In this document: positions 1 to 7,502 of the stretch, one piece after another
Layout of the letters: each line of letters begins with the position of its first letter
Numbering within the stretch: position 1 is the first letter of the stretch
Source: Candidatus Saccharimonas aalborgensis
GTDB taxonomy: Bacteria > Patescibacteriota > Saccharimonadia > Saccharimonadales > Saccharimonadaceae
Assembly: GCF_000392435.1 (NCBI RefSeq)
Contig: NC_021219.1
Location: 450,001 to 482,000, forward strand
Length of the DNA: 32,000 bases
Direction of reading: 5' to 3'
Notes under the pieces: generated by a model
What the model saw: only the letters and a program-made list of their open reading frames with translations
What the model was told of the DNA's origin: nothing
The model's database searches: none
Program-made: the position numbers and the translations under genes

Positions 1-708
1 TTCATCAATGCTTGTGTCATAACGATGCTGGCTCATGTAGCGATCCACATCTTCGCGACTCACCCACTGCAAAGCCCGTTCGAGATATTCTTGGCGACGT
101 ATATCGCCTGCGATGTACGAACTCCACTTTTGGACATTGCTATTGTTTGGGTTGCTGAACTCTTCGCGCGCCAGTGTTACAAATGGTCCGCTATACACGG
201 CATTCAAAATCTCTTGCTCATTGAGCGCCACGCCTGCGATGTTGATGGTCTTGAACCAGTCTTTTATTTCCGATTCCTCACCCTCGCAGATATACACAAG
301 CAGTGGCGTTTCCATGATACGACGCTGCATGTCTGCCGCTAGACCGCTAAAATATTGTTGATTTCCGTTGGTATCTTTTGCGGCAAAGAGTCCGCGTACA
401 AACCTTCCTATCGTCGTGATACGCTGCTGGCCATCAAGTACTTCATAGTCGTCATCACCGACTTTGCTAAAGTACAATAGGCCGATCGGATAGCCCTTGA
501 GTAGACTATCGATCACCGCGACGTCCTTCCTGCCGTCACCATAGATGTATCGGCGTTGATACTCCGGCTGGATCGTCAGTCGGCCGTCGAGTCCAAAGAG
601 TCCTTTTTCGTCAAGCTCATTGTACTCAAAACCTTCGACGATATCAGCAACAGTGATGCCTTGCCCAGCATCGGCTTCATCTCGCCTTACCCATAGTGTT
701 GTTTTCAT
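1..708 (-). CDS. DUF262 (GmrSD / ParB-nuclease-like N-terminal domain) protein; C-terminus runs off the window start
   Basis: Absent from the ORF track because it is open at the window edge. My minus-strand translation from ATG 708 reads [27 protein letters not shown]...[16 protein letters not shown]...[16 protein letters not shown]... The xQR..y and DGQQR motifs are the DUF262 signature. Its ATG overlaps the methylase stop (ATGA at 705-708). Confidence 0.8.
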   Translation of the reverse strand, partial: MKTTLWVRRDEADAGQGITVADIVEGFEYNELDEKGLFGLDGRLTIQPEYQRRYIYGDGRKDVAVIDSLLKGYPIGLLYFSKVGDDDYEVLDGQQRITTIGRFVRGLFAAKDTNGNQQYFSGLAADMQRRIMETPLLVYICEGEESEIKDWFKTINIAGVALNEQEILNAVYSGPFVTLAREEFSNPNNSNVQKWSSYIAGDIRRQEYLERALQWVSREDVDRYMSQHRYDTSIDE

Positions 709-1889
709 ACAGCCGCCTTTCTGTGTCGGATTAAGATGCGTTGATAGGGAACGATAGCTTTGCCATCGGTGTCGACGTAGACGGGGTTAATCCAGCCCTG
801 TCGTATCGCTCCTTTGTTACCTTGCTTATAGTAAAGATCGACAAATTCTTTTGTTACACCCCTCCAACCTTTTGGCAGGATATTTGACTGAGGATGACCC
901 ACGATCTCAAATTGCTCCGGCGAGTATTTGTCGAGGAAACTGATGGGTACTCCCATAACGCCATTGTAATCACTGGGAATTGCATCGCTAAACGGCACTT
1001 CAATGGCATCGTAATTGTCGTATTTATCATAAGCATCTCTACCCTGCATTTTTTTGTTGTGTTTCAAATTTTCGGCCATCGTCATGAGTTGCAATGGTTG
1101 GTGACGACGTGCGTGGTCAATGTTTGTGAACCAATTTACATTGCGAAACTTCACGAGTCCCGTCTGTTCATCAAACACTCCTGAGGCAAAATCACGAACA
1201 TTTTCAGAAGGTACCGAAAAATATGCGTTTCCCGCATTAAAACCGTTGCCGAGCCAAATCTTATCTTCCTTGATTAGGGGAAATATTTCTTTATACGTAA
1301 TAGCGTTCATGCTACCAATAATCACAAATTTCTTTTTGTATTCGACGAGCTGCCCTACGTACTCGCGAAACAAACTAAACGGCGGATTTGTCACCACGAT
1401 ATCCGACTGCTCGAGTAGCTCTACACACTCAACACTGCGAAAATCACCGTCGCCCTCGAGCGGGGTCCACTCGTTATGCTTATTTGCTTTGAGTTGCTGA
1501 GCCACGTCCTCGAGATTGAATTGCCCATCGTCATCATAGTCACCCACATCGCTAATGACAAACTTGTTTGCCGTTACCTTTGGCCTGCCTTTTGCTGGAG
1601 TGACGGTGACATCATCGCCAAACAGTCCGAGTTGTGTATTTGCAACGGGGCTTGGCTTGTAGCTCGTCGTGATTAGCTTTTTCAATCCCAGTCGCTTGAA
1701 GTTGAGCACAAAGTATTTGAAAAAGTTGCTCTCAAATGGGTCATCGCAGTTACAATAGACTACTTTGTCACGAAACGTATCGGGATTATACATAAGATAC
1801 GCCCCGATTTCCTTTTGGATGTCGGGATACTGCGTATAAAACTCATCATTTTTGGCCTTTTTGGCGCTAGTGAGGTTTGAGTTCGCCAT
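705..1889 (-). CDS. N6-adenine DNA methyltransferase, EcoRI-methylase family
   Basis: 394 aa. The N-terminal [12 protein letters not shown]...[18 protein letters not shown] block is typical of the EcoRI_methylase family. The catalytic NPPF motif is present ([10 protein letters not shown]). Confidence 0.8.
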   Translation of the reverse strand: MANSNLTSAKKAKNDEFYTQYPDIQKEIGAYLMYNPDTFRDKVVYCNCDDPFESNFFKYFVLNFKRLGLKKLITTSYKPSPVANTQLGLFGDDVTVTPAKGRPKVTANKFVISDVGDYDDDGQFNLEDVAQQLKANKHNEWTPLEGDGDFRSVECVELLEQSDIVVTNPPFSLFREYVGQLVEYKKKFVIIGSMNAITYKEIFPLIKEDKIWLGNGFNAGNAYFSVPSENVRDFASGVFDEQTGLVKFRNVNWFTNIDHARRHQPLQLMTMAENLKHNKKMQGRDAYDKYDNYDAIEVPFSDAIPSDYNGVMGVPISFLDKYSPEQFEIVGHPQSNILPKGWRGVTKEFVDLYYKQGNKGAIRQGWINPVYVDTDGKAIVPYQRILIRHRKAAV

Positions 1890-1900
1890 AAACTGTAATT

Positions 1901-1909
1901 ATTATAGCA
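1901..1909 (-). promoter_or_regulatory. Extended -10 promoter element TGCTATAAT, 11 nt upstream of the methylase ATG
   Basis: The minus strand reads TGCTATAAT-aattacagttt-ATG. No Shine-Dalgarno fits in the 11-nt gap. Confidence 0.4.
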
Positions 1910-1937
1910 ACAGTGTTTGTTTTTGGTGAGACCTTAG

Positions 1938-2207
1938 TTAATAAGCAAATTGTTCGGATATGTGACCGTCGTTACCGAGCACATAAACGCTTGAGCGCTG
2001 GTTTTTAGCAATTGTTTTAGCCCTTGCTATTGCTTCGCGTTTGGTGTTATATACGCCAGTTGCTTTTTGAGCATGAAGTCGCCTAACACGCCACCCGTCA
2101 TGACTTTTAGCCACAAAATGTGCATTCATACCCGCGCGTGCTGCATCGACATATTCCTGTACCTGCGGATTATTCGTTGTGGATACCTGTGGAACTATTG
2201 GTAACAT
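1938..2207 (-). CDS. DUF2188 domain protein
   Basis: MNAHFVAKSHDGWRVRR...TKREAIARAKTIAKNQRSSVYVLGNDGHI matches the DUF2188 pattern (GW.V...a.r....t.t.eAi..A...A......v.vH..dG.i). The conserved part starts at the internal ATG 2129 (63 aa). The longer start at 2207 would overlap the upstream gene by 38 nt. Confidence 0.6.
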   Translation of the reverse strand: MLPIVPQVSTTNNPQVQEYVDAARAGMNAHFVAKSHDGWRVRRLHAQKATGVYNTKREAIARAKTIAKNQRSSVYVLGNDGHISEQFAY

Positions 2208-2850
2208 AATCTAATATCTCGTTTCTTATCTGTTGTTCAGTATATTGAATACCGCATAAAAACTCAAGTAACATCTGCCTATTAACAAATTTATGATATT
2301 TGAACTCCATTGTGCCACCTTCACGAAACTCCACATACTTGCTGCTAATAACTCTAACTTTAATATCTTCGTGACATTGCACAATTTCGTAGGCAGTTTG
2401 GCGAGAACTAGAGTGAGTACGATAAAAGTGGCTAATATCGTATTTACGCTGACGGTTAAGAAACACTCCGAACGCAACAATCAAACTCTCGGGTAACACA
2501 AGATGTAATTCGATCTTTTTTTGCTGCTTGATCGCTTTTTCGATTTTTATTTCGGCACCTCTCGTTGTTGGTAGTGTTCCGTCTAGGATTATCGCGCGAG
2601 TGGACGTAAGGTATGTCGCGACATACTCACTTTTTCCTGATGCAGCGCCGCCCGCAAGTAGAATGACTTTTCTTTCAGAGCGACGTTTAACGGCTTCATC
2701 ATACATTTTGTCCGCCATTTTTGCGGAAGCTTGATGAAACTGATCCGAATGCGCTGGGTCATATCCCTCAATATCCTTTTTTATTTCATCGGCTGCGATA
2801 ACATACGCCACGGATTTACTCACTCTCGTCCATGCGTCGACGACGCTCAT
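2170..2850 (-). CDS. P-loop NTPase, zeta-toxin / AAA_33-like kinase fold
   Basis: Walker A VILLAGGAASGKSEY follows an N-terminal helical segment, as in zeta-toxin family kinases. I prefer ATG 2850 (or GTG 2823) over the track start 2961, which lies deep inside the GIY-YIG gene. Confidence 0.55.
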   Translation of the reverse strand: MSVVDAWTRVSKSVAYVIAADEIKKDIEGYDPAHSDQFHQASAKMADKMYDEAVKRRSERKVILLAGGAASGKSEYVATYLTSTRAIILDGTLPTTRGAEIKIEKAIKQQKKIELHLVLPESLIVAFGVFLNRQRKYDISHFYRTHSSSRQTAYEIVQCHEDIKVRVISSKYVEFREGGTMEFKYHKFVNRQMLLEFLCGIQYTEQQIRNEILDYVTNSSTGIHNE

Positions 2851-3427
2851 CAAGAGTTTCCCCCTCGTATGACCAATGCGCAGTGCCCGATACAACATTG
2901 CGGTAGCCAAGCACTTCCTGTGCGGCGGCAGAAAGACTCGTTGGGCGACCGTTGAACTCAATACTTTCTGAACCTGTGCGGCCGATCACGCGCGCGGTAA
3001 TCGTATTATCGCGGCTGAAATGCAACTCAGCGCCAAGGGGAATATTTACCATGTCAAAATTAAATCGACCGCGCCGCTCACGGGCTTCGTCGAGAGCACG
3101 TTGGTCTTCGGGTGAATCAACGATGTCGTGACCAGGCGTAATGTCTTCGATCTGTGCAAGCTTGAGGGCCGCTACCACGCGTTCTGGGTCGATCGCAAAA
3201 AACTCGCGTTTCGGATTGACACGATTGTCACCAAACGCATCATGCAACTGCCGCTCCACAAATGTCGCATTAGCAACGGTACATGCATAATGAGGGGTGA
3301 ATGGCATCGGTACACTCGTCGATGCGCTCAGCTCGCGGATTCGCTGCTCAAGATTAGTGCTTGTCTTGCCGATCTTTACATACCCCGGCATTGCTTCATT
3401 TGTTAATACATAGATAATATCGCTCAT
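2816..3427 (-). CDS. GIY-YIG nuclease family protein (T5orf172/MUG113-like N-terminus, DUF4357-like C-terminus)
   Basis: MSDIIYVLTNEAMPGYVKIGKTS.NLEQRIRELS...REFF is the GIY-YIG-like T5orf172 pattern. The C-terminal half (FNFDMVNIPLGAELHF...SLSAAAQEVLGY...GTAHWSYEGETL) resembles DUF4357. Confidence 0.7.
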   Translation of the reverse strand: MSDIIYVLTNEAMPGYVKIGKTSTNLEQRIRELSASTSVPMPFTPHYACTVANATFVERQLHDAFGDNRVNPKREFFAIDPERVVAALKLAQIEDITPGHDIVDSPEDQRALDEARERRGRFNFDMVNIPLGAELHFSRDNTITARVIGRTGSESIEFNGRPTSLSAAAQEVLGYRNVVSGTAHWSYEGETLDERRRRMDESE

Positions 3428-3435
3428 ATGTTTTC

Positions 3436-3441
3436 AGTATA
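3436..3441 (-). promoter_or_regulatory. -10-like hexamer TATACT, 8 nt upstream of the GIY-YIG ATG
   Basis: The minus strand reads TATACT-gaaaacat-ATG, with no SD. Confidence 0.3.
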
Positions 3442-3496
3442 CTGCGCTACGAACACATTTGATATCATTGCGTCACCAAACAGATTCGGCAATCAC

Positions 3497-3505
3497 TGCT
3501 ACAAT
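3497..3505 (+). promoter_or_regulatory. Extended -10 TGCTACAAT exactly 6 nt upstream of ATG 3512 (leaderless architecture)
   Basis: The sequence reads TGCTACAAT-atctct-ATG. No SD is possible. Confidence 0.45.
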
Positions 3506-3511
3506 ATCTCT

Positions 3512-3826
3512 ATGATGCAAACTCGCGTTTCTAGCGGAACAGTTCACCAACTTACTCCCGATATACAAAAGGTGCTGTTAAGCAATACCCGTGCGCTCGC
3601 AGCATGGCAAGACATCACCCCACTCGCGCGCAATGAATTCATCTGCTGGATTACCGATGCTAAAAAGCCCGAAACTCGTGCTAAGCGCATCCGTGTAGCA
3701 ATCGATAAACTCTCACGCGGCGAGCGCCGACCATGCTGCTGGATTGGCTGTACTCACCGTACCGACAAGCCGATGAGCCCTACCCAAAAATGGGCTCTCG
3801 ATAAGACACGTTCGCCAAAGAAGTAA
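3512..3826 (+). CDS. YdeI/OmpD-associated family protein (DUF1801-related)
   Basis: ALAAWQDITPLARNEFICWITDAKKPETRAKRIRVAIDKLSRGERRPCCW is the YdeI_or_OmpD-associated C-terminal signature. I prefer ATG 3512 to the track start 3428. Confidence 0.7.
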   Translation: MMQTRVSSGTVHQLTPDIQKVLLSNTRALAAWQDITPLARNEFICWITDAKKPETRAKRIRVAIDKLSRGERRPCCWIGCTHRTDKPMSPTQKWALDKTRSPKK

Positions 3827-3849
3827 GAACTTTATTAACACACGGCTAG

Positions 3850-4620
3850 CTATGTCTTGCTCTCAAAATTTTGCCCCATAACCTCATGTACATCGCTGAT
3901 AACTACAAAAGCGCGTGGGTCACAAGTGGCAACCACTGCTTTTAGTTTTTGTTCTTCGATGCGAGTAATCACCGACAAAATCACGCCATTTGATACAATT
4001 CCATCAACGCTACGACCGTTGACATACGTTACTTTTCTACCGAGTTCTTGTCGTATAGCCTCACCGATTTCCAAGTATTTATTGCTCACTATCCAGACCG
4101 ACTTTGACTGGTCGAGTCCCTCTGCCGTGATATCCATGGCTTTGTAGGCAACGGCATATGCGACCAATGAGTACATAGCTCTATCCCAACCGAACACAAA
4201 TCCTGCGACTCCAAGAATAAGCAAATTCATAGCCATTATCAGTTCACCTACGGAAAATGGAGATTTTTTCTCCGCCAATATTGCGACGATTTCTGTGCCA
4301 TCCAGCGTGCCCCCATAACGAATAACGACGCCCGACCCTATCCCGATAGCTAACCCGCCAAAGATAGCCGCAAGTATGGGTTCAGTTGTTGCGGCTGAAC
4401 TACTATGAAATAGGCCGGTCATAAGTGACATAAATAGTAAACCCACACTCGACGAGATAGCAAATATGCTGCCTAACTTTTTATAGCCTAAATATATGAA
4501 AGGTGCGTTTAGACAGAGTAGGAAAAAGCCGATGGGCAGCCCAGTAACATGTGTAGCAATAATTGAAATGCCGACAACCCCACCATCAGTCAGGTGATTT
4601 GGTATCAAGAACGCCTGCAA
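3850..4620 (-). CDS. YitT family membrane protein (DUF161 repeats + DUF2179 C-terminal domain); 5' end probably displaced by a frame break
   Basis: FLIPNHLTDGGVVGISII..., multiple TM helices and a soluble C-terminal domain (WIVSNKYLEIGEAIRQELGRKVTYVNGRS...) are typical of YitT. The frame stays open upstream to 4740 and encodes the expected basic N-terminus, but with no canonical start codon (see finding). Confidence 0.8.
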   Translation of the reverse strand: MQAFLIPNHLTDGGVVGISIIATHVTGLPIGFFLLCLNAPFIYLGYKKLGSIFAISSSVGLLFMSLMTGLFHSSSAATTEPILAAIFGGLAIGIGSGVVIRYGGTLDGTEIVAILAEKKSPFSVGELIMAMNLLILGVAGFVFGWDRAMYSLVAYAVAYKAMDITAEGLDQSKSVWIVSNKYLEIGEAIRQELGRKVTYVNGRSVDGIVSNGVILSVITRIEEQKLKAVVATCDPRAFVVISDVHEVMGQNFESKT

Positions 4621-4697
4621 TCCCAGAGTAGCAACAGCTGCGCCCGATGCGATACTGGCGCTACGTCTTACTATCTTGCCTATATCTCGATGTGCAA

Positions 4698-4754
4698 TTA
4701 CTGCTTCTCTTTTTTTGGCTTTTTGATTTCTTTTCTTCCTTTATCTTTTGCCAT
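4698..4754 (-). other. SD-preceded 18-codon ORF (MAKDKGRKEIKKPKKEKQ*); probably the true 5' end of the YitT gene, out of frame by 1 nt at an A7 run
   Basis: aaAGGAGaaatcATG at 4754 is the best SD in the region. The A7 tract lies at 4710-4716. A -1 shift there joins it to the YitT frame. Confidence 0.5.
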
Positions 4755-4772
4755 GATTTCTCCTTTGGTTAG

Positions 4773-5267
4773 TTAATACGGACATTCTTTGGTCACACTA
4801 GACATTTCCAGCCGCTGGTCTCCGTAGACGACGGCATGGGTTGTCCAGTACGGTTTGCTTTCGGGTATCTCGGTGGAGCTACCTGGCCTTGGGGGACGCA
4901 AGCGACCGATCCACATATCGGTAAGATCATAACTCCCATCCTGATTCCAGATAAGCTGTATCGACAGGTAATGAGTTGTCTCTGGCTTGGCGTTTTTGAC
5001 TAAACGTGTAAAGATATCGTCTTTGAAAAGACGTCCGTAGAAAACAGTACTTTCATCTGTCGTTGCGATGACAGTACTATACCCTATCGACCTTTGCATA
5101 TTATATTCCATGGCAGTATCCGTGCTGGGTGGTGCTAGGTATGCAAGCATTTCCTTTGCCAAAAAATAGAGGTGGGGTTGATATGCGATTTGCTTGCCTG
5201 CTTCTGAGCCTATCAGCTCAACGTATACTTCTCTGCCACTAGCAGTCTGCCCTATGAGATGCTTCAT
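4773..5267 (-). CDS. Hypothetical protein (164 aa), no recognised domain
   Basis: Long ORF with SD aaaGGGGAtaaccATG, packed 14-18 nt from its neighbours on the same strand. Confidence 0.5.
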   Translation of the reverse strand: MKHLIGQTASGREVYVELIGSEAGKQIAYQPHLYFLAKEMLAYLAPPSTDTAMEYNMQRSIGYSTVIATTDESTVFYGRLFKDDIFTRLVKNAKPETTHYLSIQLIWNQDGSYDLTDMWIGRLRPPRPGSSTEIPESKPYWTTHAVVYGDQRLEMSSVTKECPY

Positions 5268-5281
5268 GGTTATCCCCTTTC

Positions 5282-6073
5282 TTACGTCCGTACATGAGAA
5301 GCGGCTGGCGAGCCAGCTGCCGTAGAAGTTTCAGCACGCCTATCATCCAACATCGCCCGCAAAAATAGATGCGCAACATCCACCACCGGCCCGCTGGTTG
5401 GCGCATGAAACCATTTCATCCCCGGAGAGCTATTTACTTCCAGAATACGTGCTTTTCCGTCCGGCCCGACGATGAAATCAATTGCAGCAAACCGCAAACC
5501 AAACACTTTCGCGATCTCGATAGATAAAGAGACTAACGTACGATCCCACTTGCTATGAGAGTACGATATCCTTTTCAGAGGGCGGTCCTCTGCGACAGAC
5601 TGACCATACTGGCTCTCATGAACTCCGATAATCTCACCGTTCAGAAGCAAATAGCGTAGTTCTCTACCGGGTGCATATTCTTCTAGTATATATTTTCCGA
5701 TGTCAAAGGTATCCAGCTGTTTGGATGACTCTACGATATGCACGTCACGTGAATTGCTGCCTTTGATAGGCTTAACGACAATTTTTTTGTGCGTTGCTAA
5801 GAAAGTTTGGGCACCTGTCCGGTCTGTCGGAACAAGGTGAGACATAGTTGGAAAACCCCTGCGCGCCAGCACGAGCCTCGCAGCGTTTTTGTTGCCAACC
5901 ATACTACTGCTCAACTGTGAATTCATAGAACTAATCGAGTAATTGATGTACCGTTCACTGCCGTCGACTTGGATAGCAAATATTGAGCCGTCTTCAAGCC
6001 ACTCTGGATGCAGGCTCATCTTTTCAGCTGCCCTAAACAATAGCTCAGCAGAGCAAAGCTTCTTACTATTCAT
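5282..6073 (-). CDS. ATP-grasp domain protein (RimK / glutathione-synthetase-like ligase)
   Basis: KKIVVKPIKGSNSRDVHIV...YILEEYAPGRELRYLLLNGEIIGV...FAAIDFIVGPDGKARILEVNSSPG is the ATP-grasp core pattern. Confidence 0.75.
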   Translation of the reverse strand: MNSKKLCSAELLFRAAEKMSLHPEWLEDGSIFAIQVDGSERYINYSISSMNSQLSSSMVGNKNAARLVLARRGFPTMSHLVPTDRTGAQTFLATHKKIVVKPIKGSNSRDVHIVESSKQLDTFDIGKYILEEYAPGRELRYLLLNGEIIGVHESQYGQSVAEDRPLKRISYSHSKWDRTLVSLSIEIAKVFGLRFAAIDFIVGPDGKARILEVNSSPGMKWFHAPTSGPVVDVAHLFLRAMLDDRRAETSTAAGSPAASHVRT

Positions 6074-6090
6074 ATATGTCTTTCTATTAG

Positions 6091-6396
6091 TTAGCGACGA
6101 CCAAAGCCACCACGATAGTTTCCGCCACCCTGTGGACGTGGGCGATCTTCGCGCGGCTTCGCGACATTCACCACAATGGTACGCTCTTCAAAGTCTTTGC
6201 CGTCGAGTGTTTCGATCGCTTTTTGCGCGTCGGCATCGTTTTCCATTTCGACGAATCCAAACCCGCGCGAGCGGCCAGTTTCTCGATCAGTAGCGACTTC
6301 CGCACTCACCACGGTGCCAAACTGCGCGAACAGCGCGTTTAAGCTGTCGTTGGTGGTATTGAAAGACAATTTGCCTACATATAATTTTGTTGCCAT
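6091..6396 (-). CDS. RRM-type RNA-binding protein with Gly/Arg-rich tail
   Basis: RNP-2 LYVGKL, RNP-1 RGFGFVEM, and a C-terminal GGGNYRGGFGRR tail. Confidence 0.9.
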   Translation of the reverse strand: MATKLYVGKLSFNTTNDSLNALFAQFGTVVSAEVATDRETGRSRGFGFVEMENDADAQKAIETLDGKDFEERTIVVNVAKPREDRPRPQGGGNYRGGFGRR

Positions 6397-6522
6397 GAGT
6401 ACATGAACCTTTCTATCAGCTAATATTGTGCGAGATAGGGTCTAGTGCAGTAGCCGAGAATAAAATGAGTTTGGTGCCACACTTGTACGCTTGGTTAAGG
6501 AGTAGAATAACTTGCTATCACT

Positions 6523-6531
6523 AGTATATCA
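6523..6531 (-). promoter_or_regulatory. Extended -10 TGATATACT about 125 nt upstream of the RRM gene (implies a long 5' UTR)
   Basis: The minus strand reads TGATATACT. The RRM ATG has its own SD (gaaagg). Confidence 0.3.
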
Positions 6532-6572
6532 GACAATCGAAAAATATGCTATGTCAACAACTTGCTAGACTA

Positions 6573-7343
6573 TTAGTTCGGGATTAGCGTGTTGGCAAAG
6601 ATCTGAATCGCCAGTGCTGCTTTGGCAGTGAAGCTTAGTACGATATACGCACGCTCACCGCGCAAATAGTCTTTCCACTTTCCGAGTGCTCGGTACTGCT
6701 TGTACTGAACCAGTGCGAATGAATTAAACAGAAGGAATATCGACACAATAATACCGTAGACAAATGCTGGCGGTGTGGCGTCAGACGGCGAGTTGGGCGA
6801 TAGTACCGAAATAAGCACGATAAGCCACGGCACGATTCCTGCAATACAACCAAATATAAAGGGCAGCCATTCACGTGAGCCTGGACGCGTATACTTTTCT
6901 TGCAGCCAGCCGAACAAGATCATCGATACATTTACCCCAGCTATGCCGAGAAGCGCGCCATAATCACTAATCCCCGTAATCTGCGCGATAAGCAAAATCA
7001 TCAGTGTCGAGCTGATCGAATATTCGACCCAACGAAACACGTTGATCGTGTTACCAAGACCTTTGATATAGCGCTGGAAAAACACTTTCGACGCGACCAG
7101 CACGTGGAAAAGCGCCGACAATCCTAGGAACAGCGCCACGGCGTAACCTACCCGCACATTAAACAACGTGATTGGGTCTGTAAACACCGACCCCGGGGGT
7201 CCCGCTAAGTACGTCGCTGTCACAGGCAACGAAAATGAGTTTGAATAATACAGCACAAACAGCGCCAGCGCCAGATGAAACGCCGCTGCCGCAATATTTA
7301 GTTTTCGAAGTGACTGTTTTGATGCATGTGAGATGTTCGTCAT
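6573..7343 (-). CDS. Heliorhodopsin
   Basis: 256 aa with 7 TM helices. Family-typical blocks are present: LPVTATYLAGPPG, ALFLGLSALFH, FRWVEYSISS, SMILFGWLQEKYT, LPFIFGCIAGIVPW, FVYGIIVSIFLLFNSFALVQY, LRGERAYIVLSFTAKAALAIQIF. Glu107 and Lys241 sit where I recall the counterion and Schiff-base lysine of the prototype. Confidence 0.85.
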   Translation of the reverse strand: MTNISHASKQSLRKLNIAAAAFHLALALFVLYYSNSFSLPVTATYLAGPPGSVFTDPITLFNVRVGYAVALFLGLSALFHVLVASKVFFQRYIKGLGNTINVFRWVEYSISSTLMILLIAQITGISDYGALLGIAGVNVSMILFGWLQEKYTRPGSREWLPFIFGCIAGIVPWLIVLISVLSPNSPSDATPPAFVYGIIVSIFLLFNSFALVQYKQYRALGKWKDYLRGERAYIVLSFTAKAALAIQIFANTLIPN

Positions 7344-7349
7344 GATCTA

Positions 7350-7358
7350 ATAATAGCA
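7350..7358 (-). promoter_or_regulatory. Extended -10 TGCTATTAT exactly 6 nt upstream of the heliorhodopsin ATG (leaderless architecture)
   Basis: The minus strand reads TGCTATTAT-tagatc-ATG. Confidence 0.45.
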
Positions 7359-7502
7359 TAAACTATTTGTTGCACCGACTATGCAACCATGGCTGGAGCG
7401 CGGCGAACATACGCCTTGCATATGCTTTTCGCGATACAATTGGCTACCCGTATTCTATTGCTCCAGACTTAGAGTATAGATTCTGTAATATCATAGTATG
7501 CG

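Noticed and set aside
25-361. Plus-strand ORFs 25..342 and 113..361 at the window start
   Set aside because: They lie antisense to a minus-strand frame with clear DUF262 motifs (DGQQR) that is open to the window edge. They have no motifs and look like shadow ORFs.
2851-2961. Long start (2961) of the 263-aa zeta-like ORF
   Set aside because: It would overlap 146 nt of the GIY-YIG coding region. The recognisable domain begins after the internal ATG 2850 / GTG 2823.
3428-3511. Upstream extension of the YdeI-like ORF (track start 3428)
   Set aside because: The extension has no family similarity and contains the TGCTACAAT promoter element. ATG 3512 fits the family length.
4710-4716. Programmed -1 ribosomal frameshift (dnaX-like) in the YitT gene
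   Set aside because: Not claimed as established. A 1-nt homopolymer sequencing or assembly error, or phase variation, explains it equally well, and no downstream stimulatory hairpin was evident. Kept only as an open question.
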